Assembly (NCBI GenBank): GCA_963815455.1
Contig: CAWFGO010000001.1
Location: forward strand, 608,001 to 672,000
Length of the DNA stretch: 64,000 bases
Reading direction: 5' to 3'
Source of the DNA: an uncultured Verrucomicrobiae bacterium
GTDB lineage: Bacteria; Verrucomicrobiota; Verrucomicrobiia; Chthoniobacterales; UBA10450
Part shown: positions 54,701 to 64,000 of the stretch, in pieces
Position numbering within the stretch: the stretch's first letter is position 1
Layout of the letters: the number at the start of each line of letters is the position of its first letter
Position numbers and translations under genes: made by a program
Notes under the pieces: generated by a model
The model's input: the letters and a program-made list of their open reading frames with translations, nothing else
Databases searched by the model: none
What the model was told of the DNA's origin: nothing

Positions 54701-56884
54701 TTGAATCTGAATGCAGCCACTCTGAACAACGCAGCCGGTCAGACCGCGACCGATAGCGGGTTTCACGACTTCGGTCTGCAGAGTGGCGGCATCATTAACA
54801 ACGCCGGCATATGGCTCGCCCAAAATGATCTTGGAGTTGATTTCGGTAGCGGCGGAACTTTCAACAATTCGGGCACCTTCACGCGCAACGTTGGCGCGGG
54901 CACTTATCAGGTCGCCTTTCCCTTTAACAACACCGGCACGGTTAATGTCGATACCGGCACGCTGGGTCTCAACGGCGGCGGCACCAGCACCGGAGGCTTC
55001 GTGGCTAACGTCGGCGCGATATTAAGTTTCAATGGCGGCACGCATAATCTGAACGGCGCGATGGTCAGCGGAGCGGGTACGGTGCAGCTCGGCAACAGCA
55101 CTTGGAACCTCAATGCCGGCAGCAGCTACAACGTGACCGGCGCCACCACCGTCAGCGGCTCCGCGAATTTTAATGTGAACGCCAACACTAATCTGCTTAA
55201 TGTCACTGCTGGCAGCCTTGGCACCGGCGCAACTTTCACGATAAGCGGCCTGTTCAACTGGGCCGGCGGAACATTGACTGGCGGCGGAATCTTCGACGCC
55301 AATGGCGGAATCAACATGGCTGGCGGATCGCAACTCAATCTCGCTGGCGCCACTCTGAACAACGCAGCCGGTCAGACCGCGACCGATAGCGGGTTCCACG
55401 ACTTCGGTCTGCAGAGTGGCGGCATCATTAACAACGCCGGCATATGGCTCGCCCAAAATAATCTTGGAATTGATTTCGGTAGCGGCGGAACTTTCAACAA
55501 TTCGGGCACCTTCACGCGCAACGTTGGCGCGGGCACCTACCAGATGGCGTTCCCCTTTGACAATATGGGTTCGGTCAACGTCCAGACCGGCACGCTCGCG
55601 TTCCCTTCCACGACGACTTCATCGGGACCAATCAGTGTTAGCGGCGGCGCGACCCTGAGTCTCGGAGGAACGTTTACCCAAACCGCGGGCGCGATCACTC
55701 TCTCCTCGGGTAATTTGGCGATCGGCGGCAATAGCATGGCGAATCTGATCACCGGCACTTCCGGGATGATCAATGTGACCGCGGCTGGTTCTCTCACGGC
55801 TGCGAATGGATTCGACTTTCGCGGCGTAAACAACCTGGGGACTCCCGGCGGCACACTCACGCTCACCGCACCGTCGGTGACGTTCGGAGCCGCCGCGATA
55901 AATGGTGCGCTCTTCACCGGCGGAGACGCGGCCGGCGGTTCGGGGGTAGCCGGCGGAAATGGCGGCAGCTTCACTGGCACCGCAACGACCGGTGATATCC
56001 TGGTGGGAACCAATATCGATGCTTCGAGCGGCGGCAATGATGCCGTCCCGAACGGCGGAAACGGCGGTACCGTTAGTCTTACCGCCAATCTGGGGACCGT
56101 GACCGTAAACAACCGCATTCAGGTTTCGGATACTGTTGCCGGGCGACAAAGCGCAGCTGGCGGCAACATCAACCTCAGCAGCGGCAAAAATTCCGGCGTA
56201 GCCATTAACGTCGCCAACAGCGCGCAATTATTGGCCTTGCTCGACGGAGCCGCGCCCGGACCGGGCGGTCTGATCGCAATCAACGCCACTTCCGTCACGG
56301 GGAACAGTCAGGTTAATGTGGCCGGAGCAATTCGAGCAGACCGCGGCGGCATTGACATTCGAAATGCCAACGCCGGCGGGCAAATTACTCTCACCAATGC
56401 AATAATGATGGCTGACGTTATCAAAGTGGCCACGCTGGGAGATAACAGTACGCTCAACATCAATGGCGGCTTGATCTCGGCGACGACTTTGTTGCGGCTT
56501 TATGCCGGTTCCATTTCGGGAAGCAACAACAGCACGATCAATTTCACGGGCACTGTCAATCTTACCGGCGCCCAAATCGACATCGCCGCGAATACCGTGA
56601 CGATTGGCGTTGGCTCCACCGTAATGACCAGTTCGCAGGCCCACGTCTATGCGACGGTTCGTAACTATGATCTGGGATCGGGCGGAAATGGGACTGGAGG
56701 AATGTTTGGCGGAGCAGGAGCGATCTCGTTCCCGCTTTTGATGGCGCCGCCGCTTGGGCCGCCCGGCGGAACCGGGGCTGGAACGCGTCCAACCGCGTTG
56801 CCGAATCATCGGTCCCATATCCGCGCGCTCGAAAGAACGATCGACAAACAAAATTCTCAACAAAATCGACAACTACGACCATGA
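51757..56884 (+). CDS. Giant FecR-domain + autotransporter-like passenger protein (frameshift at or near G9 tract 52225-52233)
   Basis: RTGTESRTELTFTDQTLTRLG, AAITGTT; FNN.GTF.R..G repeats; C-terminal domain shared with 44198-50753. Confidence 0.8.
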
Positions 56885-57675
56885 ACAAACTACTACGCGC
56901 TCCTATTCGTCTCATCGGAATCCTCTTCATCGCCACGATCGGGGTCGGCCTCACCCACCTGGCTATTGCCGCTCCGAAAAAAGAGGCGCGCGTCACCGAA
57001 GTTGTTCGCGACGTGAACTTGCTTACTTCCCGTGCCGCGCCGCGCCCAGCCGCGGTAAACGACAGCGTCCAGGAAGGAACAGCGGTGCGCACCGGCAGCG
57101 ATTCCCGCGCCGAGATCACTTTCACCGATCAAACTCTCACCCGGCTCGGCGCCAATACCGTTTTCAGTTTCGGCCGGGCCACAAAGACCTACGACTTGGG
57201 CAGCGGCGCTATCTTAATGTATGCGCCCCAAAAAGCCGGCGAAGTAAAAATTCATACCTCTGTCGCAACCGCCGCCATCGCTGGCTTCACCGCCATGTTC
57301 GAGCATCATCCCAAAGGCTGGAGCAAACTCATTCTCCTCCACGGCAAGGGCAGAGTTTCGTTCAAAGGAGTTCCCGGCGACCCTTGCCGGCTCCACGACG
57401 CCCAAATGATTGTCTGGCCTGCTCATCCGACAACATGTCCACAAGTGCACGATATCGATCTCTCCAAATTACTCCGCGGCAAACTGGTCAAGGGGTTCAA
57501 AAGAAAGTTGCCGGAACTCGATATCATTTTGGCTGAAATAAAAAAACAGGAAGCCGAGCCGCCGACCGGCGGACTAATTGATCCCACATCCCTAGACACG
57601 CTCGATCAGCGCTCCGCCACCGAGCCGTTGCCTACGCCCCCGCCGCATCATTCACCGCCGGGCAAGGGCCTTTAA
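56881..57675 (+). CDS. Exported FecR-domain protein 4
   Basis: Signal peptide; RTGSDSRAEITFTDQTLTRLGANTVFSF; ATGA overlap. Confidence 0.85.
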   Translation: MNKLLRAPIRLIGILFIATIGVGLTHLAIAAPKKEARVTEVVRDVNLLTSRAAPRPAAVNDSVQEGTAVRTGSDSRAEITFTDQTLTRLGANTVFSFGRATKTYDLGSGAILMYAPQKAGEVKIHTSVATAAIAGFTAMFEHHPKGWSKLILLHGKGRVSFKGVPGDPCRLHDAQMIVWPAHPTTCPQVHDIDLSKLLRGKLVKGFKRKLPELDIILAEIKKQEAEPPTGGLIDPTSLDTLDQRSATEPLPTPPPHHSPPGKGL

Positions 57676-57699
57676 AACGTTGCGAGAATTGAATGCCGT

Positions 57700-58611
57700 T
57701 CACCGCCGCTTCTCGTCATTGAGATAGCCCGCGCCGAGCGCTGCTCCCACCAGGACCAGCGATGCAACCGTAGCCAGCGGCACCGGATCGAATGGCGCCG
57801 GCGGAAGATCGACAATTCCATTTTCATCGGTCCGCGCAGGTCTTCGCACGTAACGGCCGTGTCTGGGCGATCGAAATTTTGCAGCGAACGCCTCCATCCG
57901 GTTGGGCAAATCAGTATCGGAAATTGGAATCCCGTGACCGCAACCAGCCACGTTCGGCCGCAACGCGGCCAATTGCTGGATCGATGAGCGAGTCGCCGCC
58001 CAGTCGGCTGTAAAAGGTGCCAGCGATCGCGATAATTGTTGCCTGCCCGTGAGTAGTCCACTCCAGGAATCCATGTTCATCGTGGCAAATGCATCGCCGG
58101 CAAGCAGCACCCGGTCCGAGGGCCGAAAAAAAGAGACATGACCAGGCGAATGTCCGGGAGTTGCCAACCATTGCCAGCCGGTTAGGCCGGGAACCTTGCC
58201 GGATGGCAACGGGTGAATTCGCTTCCCCAAATTGTGCGAATGCGATGGAAAGAAACGCGAGAGAAAACCAATCGCACCGCCAACGGTCGGATCTGCCGGA
58301 GGATAGGGCGATTTGCCGGTGAGATATGGCAGCTCGAGATGATGGGCACAAACGGCCACGTCCCATTGTTCGGCCAGGGCCAGGGCGGAACCGGCATGGT
58401 CGGCGTGCCCATGCGTCAACAGAATCGCCTCCGGCCGCGAATCTTCGCCGAAGCGCGCGTTGGCCGCTTCCATAATGTCGCGTCCTCGACCCGGCAGCCC
58501 GGCATCGACCAGCACCCATTTTCCACCGGGGCGCCCGATAAAATAGACGTTGGCAAAGCTTATCGGCAGCCAGCCCACATCGGGAGCAATTCGCGTAATC
58601 GTTCTTGTCAT
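57700..58611 (-). CDS. MBL-fold metallo-hydrolase
   Basis: LVDAG, THGHADHAG, TPGHSPGH and AGDA. Confidence 0.9.
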   Translation of the reverse strand: MTRTITRIAPDVGWLPISFANVYFIGRPGGKWVLVDAGLPGRGRDIMEAANARFGEDSRPEAILLTHGHADHAGSALALAEQWDVAVCAHHLELPYLTGKSPYPPADPTVGGAIGFLSRFFPSHSHNLGKRIHPLPSGKVPGLTGWQWLATPGHSPGHVSFFRPSDRVLLAGDAFATMNMDSWSGLLTGRQQLSRSLAPFTADWAATRSSIQQLAALRPNVAGCGHGIPISDTDLPNRMEAFAAKFRSPRHGRYVRRPARTDENGIVDLPPAPFDPVPLATVASLVLVGAALGAGYLNDEKRR

Positions 58612-58733
58612 TTCAGGTGCATTTTCGATTGTCGATGTTCGGACGATCTCGCCTACCATCGCTGAACCAGCCGCGCCGAGTCGCTAATATACGAACTAAC
58701 CAGGGCCGGTCACAAATTCTATCTCACTCGCCA

Positions 58734-59945
58734 ATGCCCCAGGCCGTTCCAACACCCGGTGCCCAACGCCTCGATCTTCTCGATGCTCTGCGCGGTTTCG
58801 CTCTGGCCGGCGTGTTACTCGTGAATTTACGGGACCTGTCGCTGTTTGGTTTCCTTAGTGAAGAAGCTCGGATAGCGCTGGCTACCTCTCGATGGGACCA
58901 CTTCTTGGAGATCGGGATCGCGGCATTGGTGGAAAAAAAGGCGATCACAATTTTTACGTTATTGTTTGGGATCGGCTTCGCCATGCAGGCGCAACGGGCT
59001 GCCGAGTCCGGAGAAGGACTGCACCGGTACGTGCGGAGGCTGCTGATTCTGCTGGCGATCGGGATTGGGCACAGCGTTTTTTGGTATGGTGATATCCTGC
59101 GCTTTTATGCGGTGATGGGCCTTGTCCTTGTGCCCATGGCACGATTGCGCACCCGAGCGCTGGTTTGGCTAGGATTGGCGATCTCACTATTTTCCTGGCC
59201 GCTCTTGCGACCATTAGGTGATTCGCTGGGACAAGGTGCCGCTCGGCCAAACGAGATCCTCGCATCGACCTTTGCGGCCTTCAGTGACTCGAGCATGTTA
59301 GGCATGCTGAAAGCGAATCTGTCGTATGATTTGTGGTCGAGAGTCAACCAGTGGAACCTGCCATTCGCGCTCCTTGGCCGATTCCTCATCGGAGCGGCTT
59401 TCGGTCGAAGCGATGTCGTGCGCGGCGCTCAAACACACCCCCGTTTTTGGGCGCGCCTGCTGGTTCTTTCCCTGCCTCTCGGCGCTGCGCTCACCACTTT
59501 TGGCACGCTGCACGATTATGGCGCTTTGAGATCACGCGACTGGTGGAACACAGAACTTTTAATCCGGCCAGTACAGGGCGCCGCTTCGTTGTCCTTGGGG
59601 CTGGCTTACATGGCGGCCTTCGTGCTCCTGTTCCAACGGCCAGCCTGGCATCGCTGGTTGAATTTGCTGTCGCCGGTTGGCCGAATGGCCCTGACCAATT
59701 ACTTGCTGCAAACTTTAATAGGCCTCGCTCTGTTTTACGGGATCGGGCTCGGTCTCGGCCCGCGTTTCGGTCTCGCCGGCGTGTCCTTTCTTTTTTTCCC
59801 AATAATTTTCTGCGCCCAAATTGCGTTCAGTCACTGGTGGCTCTCTCGCTTCAACTTCGGACCAATCGAGTGGATCTGGCGCTGCCTCACTTATGGTTGC
59901 CGGTTACCGATGCGCCAGCGGCGGACGATACCGTTCACGGAATAG
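58734..59945 (+). CDS. DUF418 membrane protein
   Basis: LDALRGFALAGVLLVN, LFGIGF, GRMALTNYL.Q and GPIEWIWR.LTY. Confidence 0.9.
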   Translation: MPQAVPTPGAQRLDLLDALRGFALAGVLLVNLRDLSLFGFLSEEARIALATSRWDHFLEIGIAALVEKKAITIFTLLFGIGFAMQAQRAAESGEGLHRYVRRLLILLAIGIGHSVFWYGDILRFYAVMGLVLVPMARLRTRALVWLGLAISLFSWPLLRPLGDSLGQGAARPNEILASTFAAFSDSSMLGMLKANLSYDLWSRVNQWNLPFALLGRFLIGAAFGRSDVVRGAQTHPRFWARLLVLSLPLGAALTTFGTLHDYGALRSRDWWNTELLIRPVQGAASLSLGLAYMAAFVLLFQRPAWHRWLNLLSPVGRMALTNYLLQTLIGLALFYGIGLGLGPRFGLAGVSFLFFPIIFCAQIAFSHWWLSRFNFGPIEWIWRCLTYGCRLPMRQRRTIPFTE

Positions 59946-60621
59946 TCAAAGTCAGCCCGATCTTCAATTTCTGTGGATCGTCGATGCTTTTCTTGTTTGC
60001 ATCGAGAATCTCTTTCCAGCGGGCTGGCGTCTTGTAGAATTTCCGCGAGATCGATACCAGGGTGTCCCCCGAGCGGACCGCGTAGGTTCGGCCCCCTGCC
60101 TTTCTCGGCGCACTTTTGGACGACTCGCGGGCCTGCGGTTTGTCCGGAACGCTTCGCGTGCCGGCCGAGCGCTCCTCAATTTCTTTGCGCAGACTAAGGT
60201 TTTCATTTCGGAGCCGGGCCGCCTCCGCCCGCGTCACCACTGAATCACCCGACAAACTGGTTACCAGGGCGATTTCGTCATGCTTCATGAAATTCCGCAC
60301 GTCGTTCGCGTGAGCGCCATTCGGACTGAGGATAAGATAGCGCTTGAAATGATGGAGCGCGTTCAACGGATCTTTCATCTTGTCGTCATAGACCAGGCCG
60401 AGTTTGTAATGGACCTCGGCGCAATGCGGGCTGTCGTCCAGCGCCGCCTCATACAGATTGATTGCCCGCAAAAAATCGCCCTGCGCGGCCTTCGCATCGG
60501 CGTCCTTAACAAGTTGGGCATGGCGCGATGTCATCATTCGATCGCACGCTGCCAGAGTAAATGCGGCCAATAAGCACAGAAGTGCGCACTTCAGGATCGA
60601 CAACTTGCCAGGACCTTTCAT
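59935..60621 (-). CDS. TPR + LysM lipoprotein
   Basis: Lipobox LAAC; TPR helices; YAVRSGDTLVSISRKFY...I.DAN...LKIG..L.IP. Confidence 0.88.
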   Translation of the reverse strand: MKGPGKLSILKCALLCLLAAFTLAACDRMMTSRHAQLVKDADAKAAQGDFLRAINLYEAALDDSPHCAEVHYKLGLVYDDKMKDPLNALHHFKRYLILSPNGAHANDVRNFMKHDEIALVTSLSGDSVVTRAEAARLRNENLSLRKEIEERSAGTRSVPDKPQARESSKSAPRKAGGRTYAVRSGDTLVSISRKFYKTPARWKEILDANKKSIDDPQKLKIGLTLTIP

Positions 60622-60643
60622 CTCGCCAACGTCCTTACTCGTG

Positions 60644-61195
60644 ATGCGGCGCGCGCTTCCATTTGTTTTCTCAGCGACAATTCTTCTTTCATCGATCCAA
60701 ACGTTAAAGGCAGATCTTTCGATCGGCCAGACCTACCCGCTCAAGTTTGCCGACGTGGAAGGCAACACCCTGCTTACCGCCGATGGACACGTCACCATCG
60801 TCGTTTTGATCACGCCTTCAAATCTGTCGAAGCCGCAGGTCGTTGGCGATCGCGTTCCCGATCGCTGCCTCGGCAATCCGATCTACAGGATGATAACAGT
60901 GGTCAGGTTTGCCAAACATAGCCGGCCCGTGCGCGCCTTGCTGGCCGCCGGAGCGCGCCACCGTCTCAACGTCGAGGCAAAACGCGTTCAACCCCGATAT
61001 GACGCCAGAAAAATCGCGCGTAATCCCAGGAGCGACATTTTCGCCGTAGCCGACTTCGACGGAAGCGCCGTCGCACAGCTCGGCATCGAAGCAGGCACCG
61101 TATTTCGCCTTTTCGTCTTCGGACGAGCCGGCGAGCTAATGGCTCAATGGAACGATGTCCCGAGTACCGAAGAGCTGGCCGCAGTCCTAAAATAA
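60644..61195 (+). CDS. Secreted hypothetical protein (thioredoxin-like, no CxxC)
   Basis: Signal peptide; FADVEGNTL, VADFDG and FVFGR.G...QW..VP. Confidence 0.65.
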   Translation: MRRALPFVFSATILLSSIQTLKADLSIGQTYPLKFADVEGNTLLTADGHVTIVVLITPSNLSKPQVVGDRVPDRCLGNPIYRMITVVRFAKHSRPVRALLAAGARHRLNVEAKRVQPRYDARKIARNPRSDIFAVADFDGSAVAQLGIEAGTVFRLFVFGRAGELMAQWNDVPSTEELAAVLK

Positions 61196-62320
61196 CTAAT
61201 ACTTCGGCACGCTCGGATCGATCTCGTCCGACCACGCGTCGATCCCGCCTTCGAGATTGTAAACATTGGCAAGACCGCGCTCTCGCAGCAATCTCACCGC
61301 ATCCGCGCTTCGCCGGCCACTATGACAATGCACAATGATTGGTTTCTGATTCTGCAATTCACCTGTGCGATCGGCGATTTCCCTCAGCGGAATTAGCTTC
61401 GCACCGTCGATCCGGGCAATCTCGTATTCGAAAATCTCCCGCACGTCGATCAACTCAAACGGCTCGCCCGCGTCCATCTTTCGTTTCAGTTCGCGCACGG
61501 AGATCGCCGGAATCGTGTCGCCAGCCTCCGCACCGCAAAACATTTCGTAATCGATCGGCTCAAAAATAGACGGATGCTCTCCGCAAACCGGGCATTGCGG
61601 ATCGCGCCGCAAGTTCAGTTCGCGAAACTTCATTTTCCACGCATCGAAATGCAACAGGCGTCCCACCAGGGATTCGCCGGCGCCCAGGATCAGCTTGATC
61701 GCTTCAATCGCCTGGATCGTCCCGATGATTCCGGGCAGTACGCCCAGGACTCCCGCTTCCGCACAGTTCGGGATCGTTCCCGGTTCCGGCGGTTCCGGAA
61801 ACAGACACCGATAGCATGGCCCGCCCAAATGCGGCGCGAAAACCGTGGCCTGACCTTCAAATCGAAAAACGGAGCCGTAAACGTTCGGCTTACGCGCCCA
61901 GACACAAACATCACTCGATAAATAACGGGTCGGAAAATTATCGGACCCGTCCACGATCACGTCATAGCGTTGGACCAGCCCGGCGGCATTCTCGCTGGAG
62001 AAACGGACCTCGTGCAGTTCGATGTCGATCTTCGGATTCAGGTCGTGCAGTCGATCCCGGGCGGATTCCAATTTGCTGCGGCCAACGTCCTTCGTTCCGT
62101 GAAGAATTTGCCGCTGCAAATTGGAAAGATCGACATCGTCGAAATCGACCAGGCCAAGAGTGCCCACGCCCGCCGCCGCCAGATAAAGCGCGGCCGGCGA
62201 GCCAAGCCCGCCCGCGCCAATGCAAAGGATCCGAGCATCCTTGAGTCGTTTTTGTCCCTCCGCGCCCACTTCCGGCATGATGAGATGGCGCGAGTATCGA
62301 ACGCGTTCGTCGTCGATCAT
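61196..62320 (-). CDS. moeB: Molybdopterin-synthase adenylyltransferase MoeB with rhodanese domain
   Basis: RYSRHL, GAGGLGS, SNLQRQ, DNFPTRY, CYRC, CPVC; rhodanese CHSGRRS. Confidence 0.93.
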   Translation of the reverse strand: MIDDERVRYSRHLIMPEVGAEGQKRLKDARILCIGAGGLGSPAALYLAAAGVGTLGLVDFDDVDLSNLQRQILHGTKDVGRSKLESARDRLHDLNPKIDIELHEVRFSSENAAGLVQRYDVIVDGSDNFPTRYLSSDVCVWARKPNVYGSVFRFEGQATVFAPHLGGPCYRCLFPEPPEPGTIPNCAEAGVLGVLPGIIGTIQAIEAIKLILGAGESLVGRLLHFDAWKMKFRELNLRRDPQCPVCGEHPSIFEPIDYEMFCGAEAGDTIPAISVRELKRKMDAGEPFELIDVREIFEYEIARIDGAKLIPLREIADRTGELQNQKPIIVHCHSGRRSADAVRLLRERGLANVYNLEGGIDAWSDEIDPSVPKY

Positions 62321-62586
62321 TGTGTGCGGTCCCACTTGATCCCCACGATCCGCTGATTCTCGAATCGCTTCAACGATTTTGGAAAAATGAGATAACGCGC
62401 GCCTTTGCTTTCCTTGAAACCAATTATCCCAAACTCACTTCCGGCATTGCTTTTCTGGACGGTCATCACCCGATTGTTTTTGATCTCCGATTGGAGATGT
62501 CGATCCTGCGCCGGCTTTTGCCAAAGCGTGTAGACTTCCGGCTTCCCGCATTTTTCCACCACTTGGGCAAAACGCGCCGTTTTCAC
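62317..62586 (-). CDS. Hypothetical protein
   Basis: VKTARFAQVVEKCGKPEVYTLW...FPKSLKRF...IVGIKW; overlaps the moeB start. Confidence 0.6.
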   Translation of the reverse strand: MKTARFAQVVEKCGKPEVYTLWQKPAQDRHLQSEIKNNRVMTVQKSNAGSEFGIIGFKESKGARYLIFPKSLKRFENQRIVGIKWDRTQ

Positions 62587-62627
62587 ATTAAGTAATTTCA
62601 CCGCCGGTTTCCGTGTTAGAGAGAAGG

Positions 62628-62723
62628 TCCGCCAGGGAGCCACGGCAAGGAGGATCAGACTACCGTTGCTGCATTCCTGCCCTGGCGGGGTTCGTAAGTC
62701 CTCAATCCATAGCCCCTGACGGA
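62628..62723 (-). ncRNA. ffs: Signal recognition particle RNA (small SRP)
   Basis: Reverse complement TCCGTCAGGGGC...GAACCCCGCCAGGGCAGGAATGCAGCAACGGTAG...GCTCCCTGGCGGA; long hairpin with CAGG..GGAA..AGCA domain IV motif. Confidence 0.85.
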
Positions 62724-62767
62724 AAAGAAGAGTGCGCGCAGGATCGACCTCGCGCAAATCCTCAGAT

Positions 62768-62907
62768 TGTCATCCCGAGCGGAGCGAGGGACCTCACACA
62801 CGAACCGAAGAGGATCTAACAACACTGAACCGTAACCGCTTGGTTGATCGCGAGCGTTGCCATTAATCGCGGGATCCTTCGGTCGCCGTGGCGACCTCAG
62901 GATGACA
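62768..62907. repeat. tgtcat...atgaca palindromic repeat
   Basis: tgtcatcccgagcggagcgagggacct...cctcaggatgaca. Confidence 0.7.
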
Positions 62908-62984
62908 GAGCTTTTTATGAGACGATTTCCCATTATTTTTGATCCGCGTTGACACCCTGCCGCGCTTCTGGTTGCATCGGCGCT

Positions 62985-63191
62985 GTGAAATGGCTGGCGC
63001 TTCTTTTACTGGTGGCTCTGGAATGTTCCTGCACAACCCTGGCGAATCGGCGCGACCTTTACAGCCCGGAACCGGCGCCAGATTCTAGAGAAATGGCGAA
63101 ACGCATGTCCGCCACCTCGACCACGACCACAACGTCAACCACGACCACGGCGCCTCCGAGCGAGGTTAACCCGCCGGAATTTCGGTATTAG
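62985..63191 (+). CDS. Small lipoprotein
   Basis: VKWLALLLLVALECSCTTLANRRDLYSP with Thr-rich tail. Confidence 0.6.
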   Translation: MKWLALLLLVALECSCTTLANRRDLYSPEPAPDSREMAKRMSATSTTTTTSTTTTAPPSEVNPPEFRY

Positions 63192-63219
63192 CTCGACAGT
63201 CAGAGACCGCCGCTACAGC

Positions 63220-63429
63220 CTATCCGAACGGCAGGTTCGCCTTCACCCGCGCCTCGTCGGTCTTGTGCACCAAGGCCGACTTGCTGAGATGCCGCTTACG
63301 CTTCGCGTTCTTGGACGACATTAAATGCCGGCGGGATGCTTGTGCCCGCAAAACCCTGCCGCGGCCGGTAATCTTGAACCGTTTTGCGACGGCTTTTTTC
63401 GTCTTGCTCCGAGAGATCGGTTTCGGCAT
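63220..63429 (-). CDS. rpmI: 50S ribosomal protein L35
   Basis: KTKKAVAKRFKITGRG.V.R..A.RRH..SSK..KRKR.L. Confidence 0.95.
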   Translation of the reverse strand: MPKPISRSKTKKAVAKRFKITGRGRVLRAQASRRHLMSSKNAKRKRHLSKSALVHKTDEARVKANLPFG

Positions 63430-63551
63430 AGGGCGCGAAAGATAGAGGAAATCGCCGCACCGGCAACTGGTTTCCATTGAGCGTTGGACGTTGGGCGCCT
63501 GCCACGCCGTAGCCTTGCGAAGGCGGGTTGAGCGTTGGACGTTGTCTATGA

Positions 63552-64000
63552 ATGAACGCCGGGAAGAACCAACCGCATGTCGTAATCGTTGGCGGCGGTT
63601 TCGGCGGGCTTCAGGCGGCCAAGCAATTAGCCTGCGAAAACGTTCAGATCACGGTCATCGATCGGGCCAATTATCATCTCTTTCAACCCCTGCTCTATCA
63701 GGTCGCGACGGCCGCGCTTTCGCCCGCCGATATCGCGGCGCCCATCCGGGCCGTCCTGAGCAAATGCAGTAACGTGGAAGTGATCCTGGCCGAAGTGCAA
63801 TCGGTCGATGTCGATGCCAGAAAAATCAAAACGGCCGATATCGAGATCGATTACGATTTTCTCATTCTCGCGACCGGCGCTCGCCATTCCTATTTCGGCC
63901 ATGACGAATGGGAAAAACTGGCGCCCGGATTGAAAAGTCTCGAAGACGCCATTGAAGTTCGCCGTCGGTTGCTTATGGCTTTCGAGTACGCGGAAAAGAC
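63552..64000 (+). CDS. ndh: NADH dehydrogenase type II-like FAD oxidoreductase (partial)
   Basis: VVIVGGGFGGL, NYHLFQPLLYQVAT, YDFLILATGA.HSYFG and APGLKSLEDA. Confidence 0.85.
   Translation, partial: MNAGKNQPHVVIVGGGFGGLQAAKQLACENVQITVIDRANYHLFQPLLYQVATAALSPADIAAPIRAVLSKCSNVEVILAEVQSVDVDARKIKTADIEIDYDFLILATGARHSYFGHDEWEKLAPGLKSLEDAIEVRRRLLMAFEYAEK

Noticed and set aside
43380..57675. Classical fecIRA iron-signalling locus
   Set aside because: No ECF sigma or TonB-dependent receptor; the FecR domains follow signal-peptide-like N-termini and are fused to passengers

Overview
64 kb of GC-rich bacterial chromosome, most likely from a soil Verrucomicrobiota (Chthoniobacterales/Spartobacteria-like) genome. 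This is inferred from the Amuc_1098-1102-type pilus/secretin cluster, the FecR-domain and dockerin-tailed secreted proteins and the repeat families. Many genes carry single-base frameshifts, probably long-read consensus errors. Housekeeping content: amt, floA, trpS, UDP-glucuronate decarboxylase, coaE, rho, rnd, moeB, rpmI, ndh, tRNA-Leu(CAA), tRNA-Arg(CCT) and SRP RNA. Accessory content: (i) a toxin-antitoxin-rich zone around tRNA-Arg, with a 269-bp MITE wedged into the Xre-RES junction and an AT-richer island bounded by tRNA fragments. The island encodes a proteasome-beta-like Ntn hydrolase, a small protein, a PIN nuclease and a Zn-ribbon/DUF3800 protein. (ii) a PilM/PilN-secretin pilus-like operon followed by four long composite direct repeats that separate cassette-like small genes. 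(iii) a 14.3-kb operon of four exported FecR-domain proteins, two of them fused to giant beta-helix-like passengers with a shared C-terminal domain, plus one outer-membrane beta-barrel. (iv) many REP/REPIN-like palindromes and 7-9-mer repeats that nest in each other and have inserted in frame into DUF167, coaE and rho. No CRISPR, rRNA, integrase or transposase gene was seen. All family assignments are by-eye motif recognition; no database searches were run.
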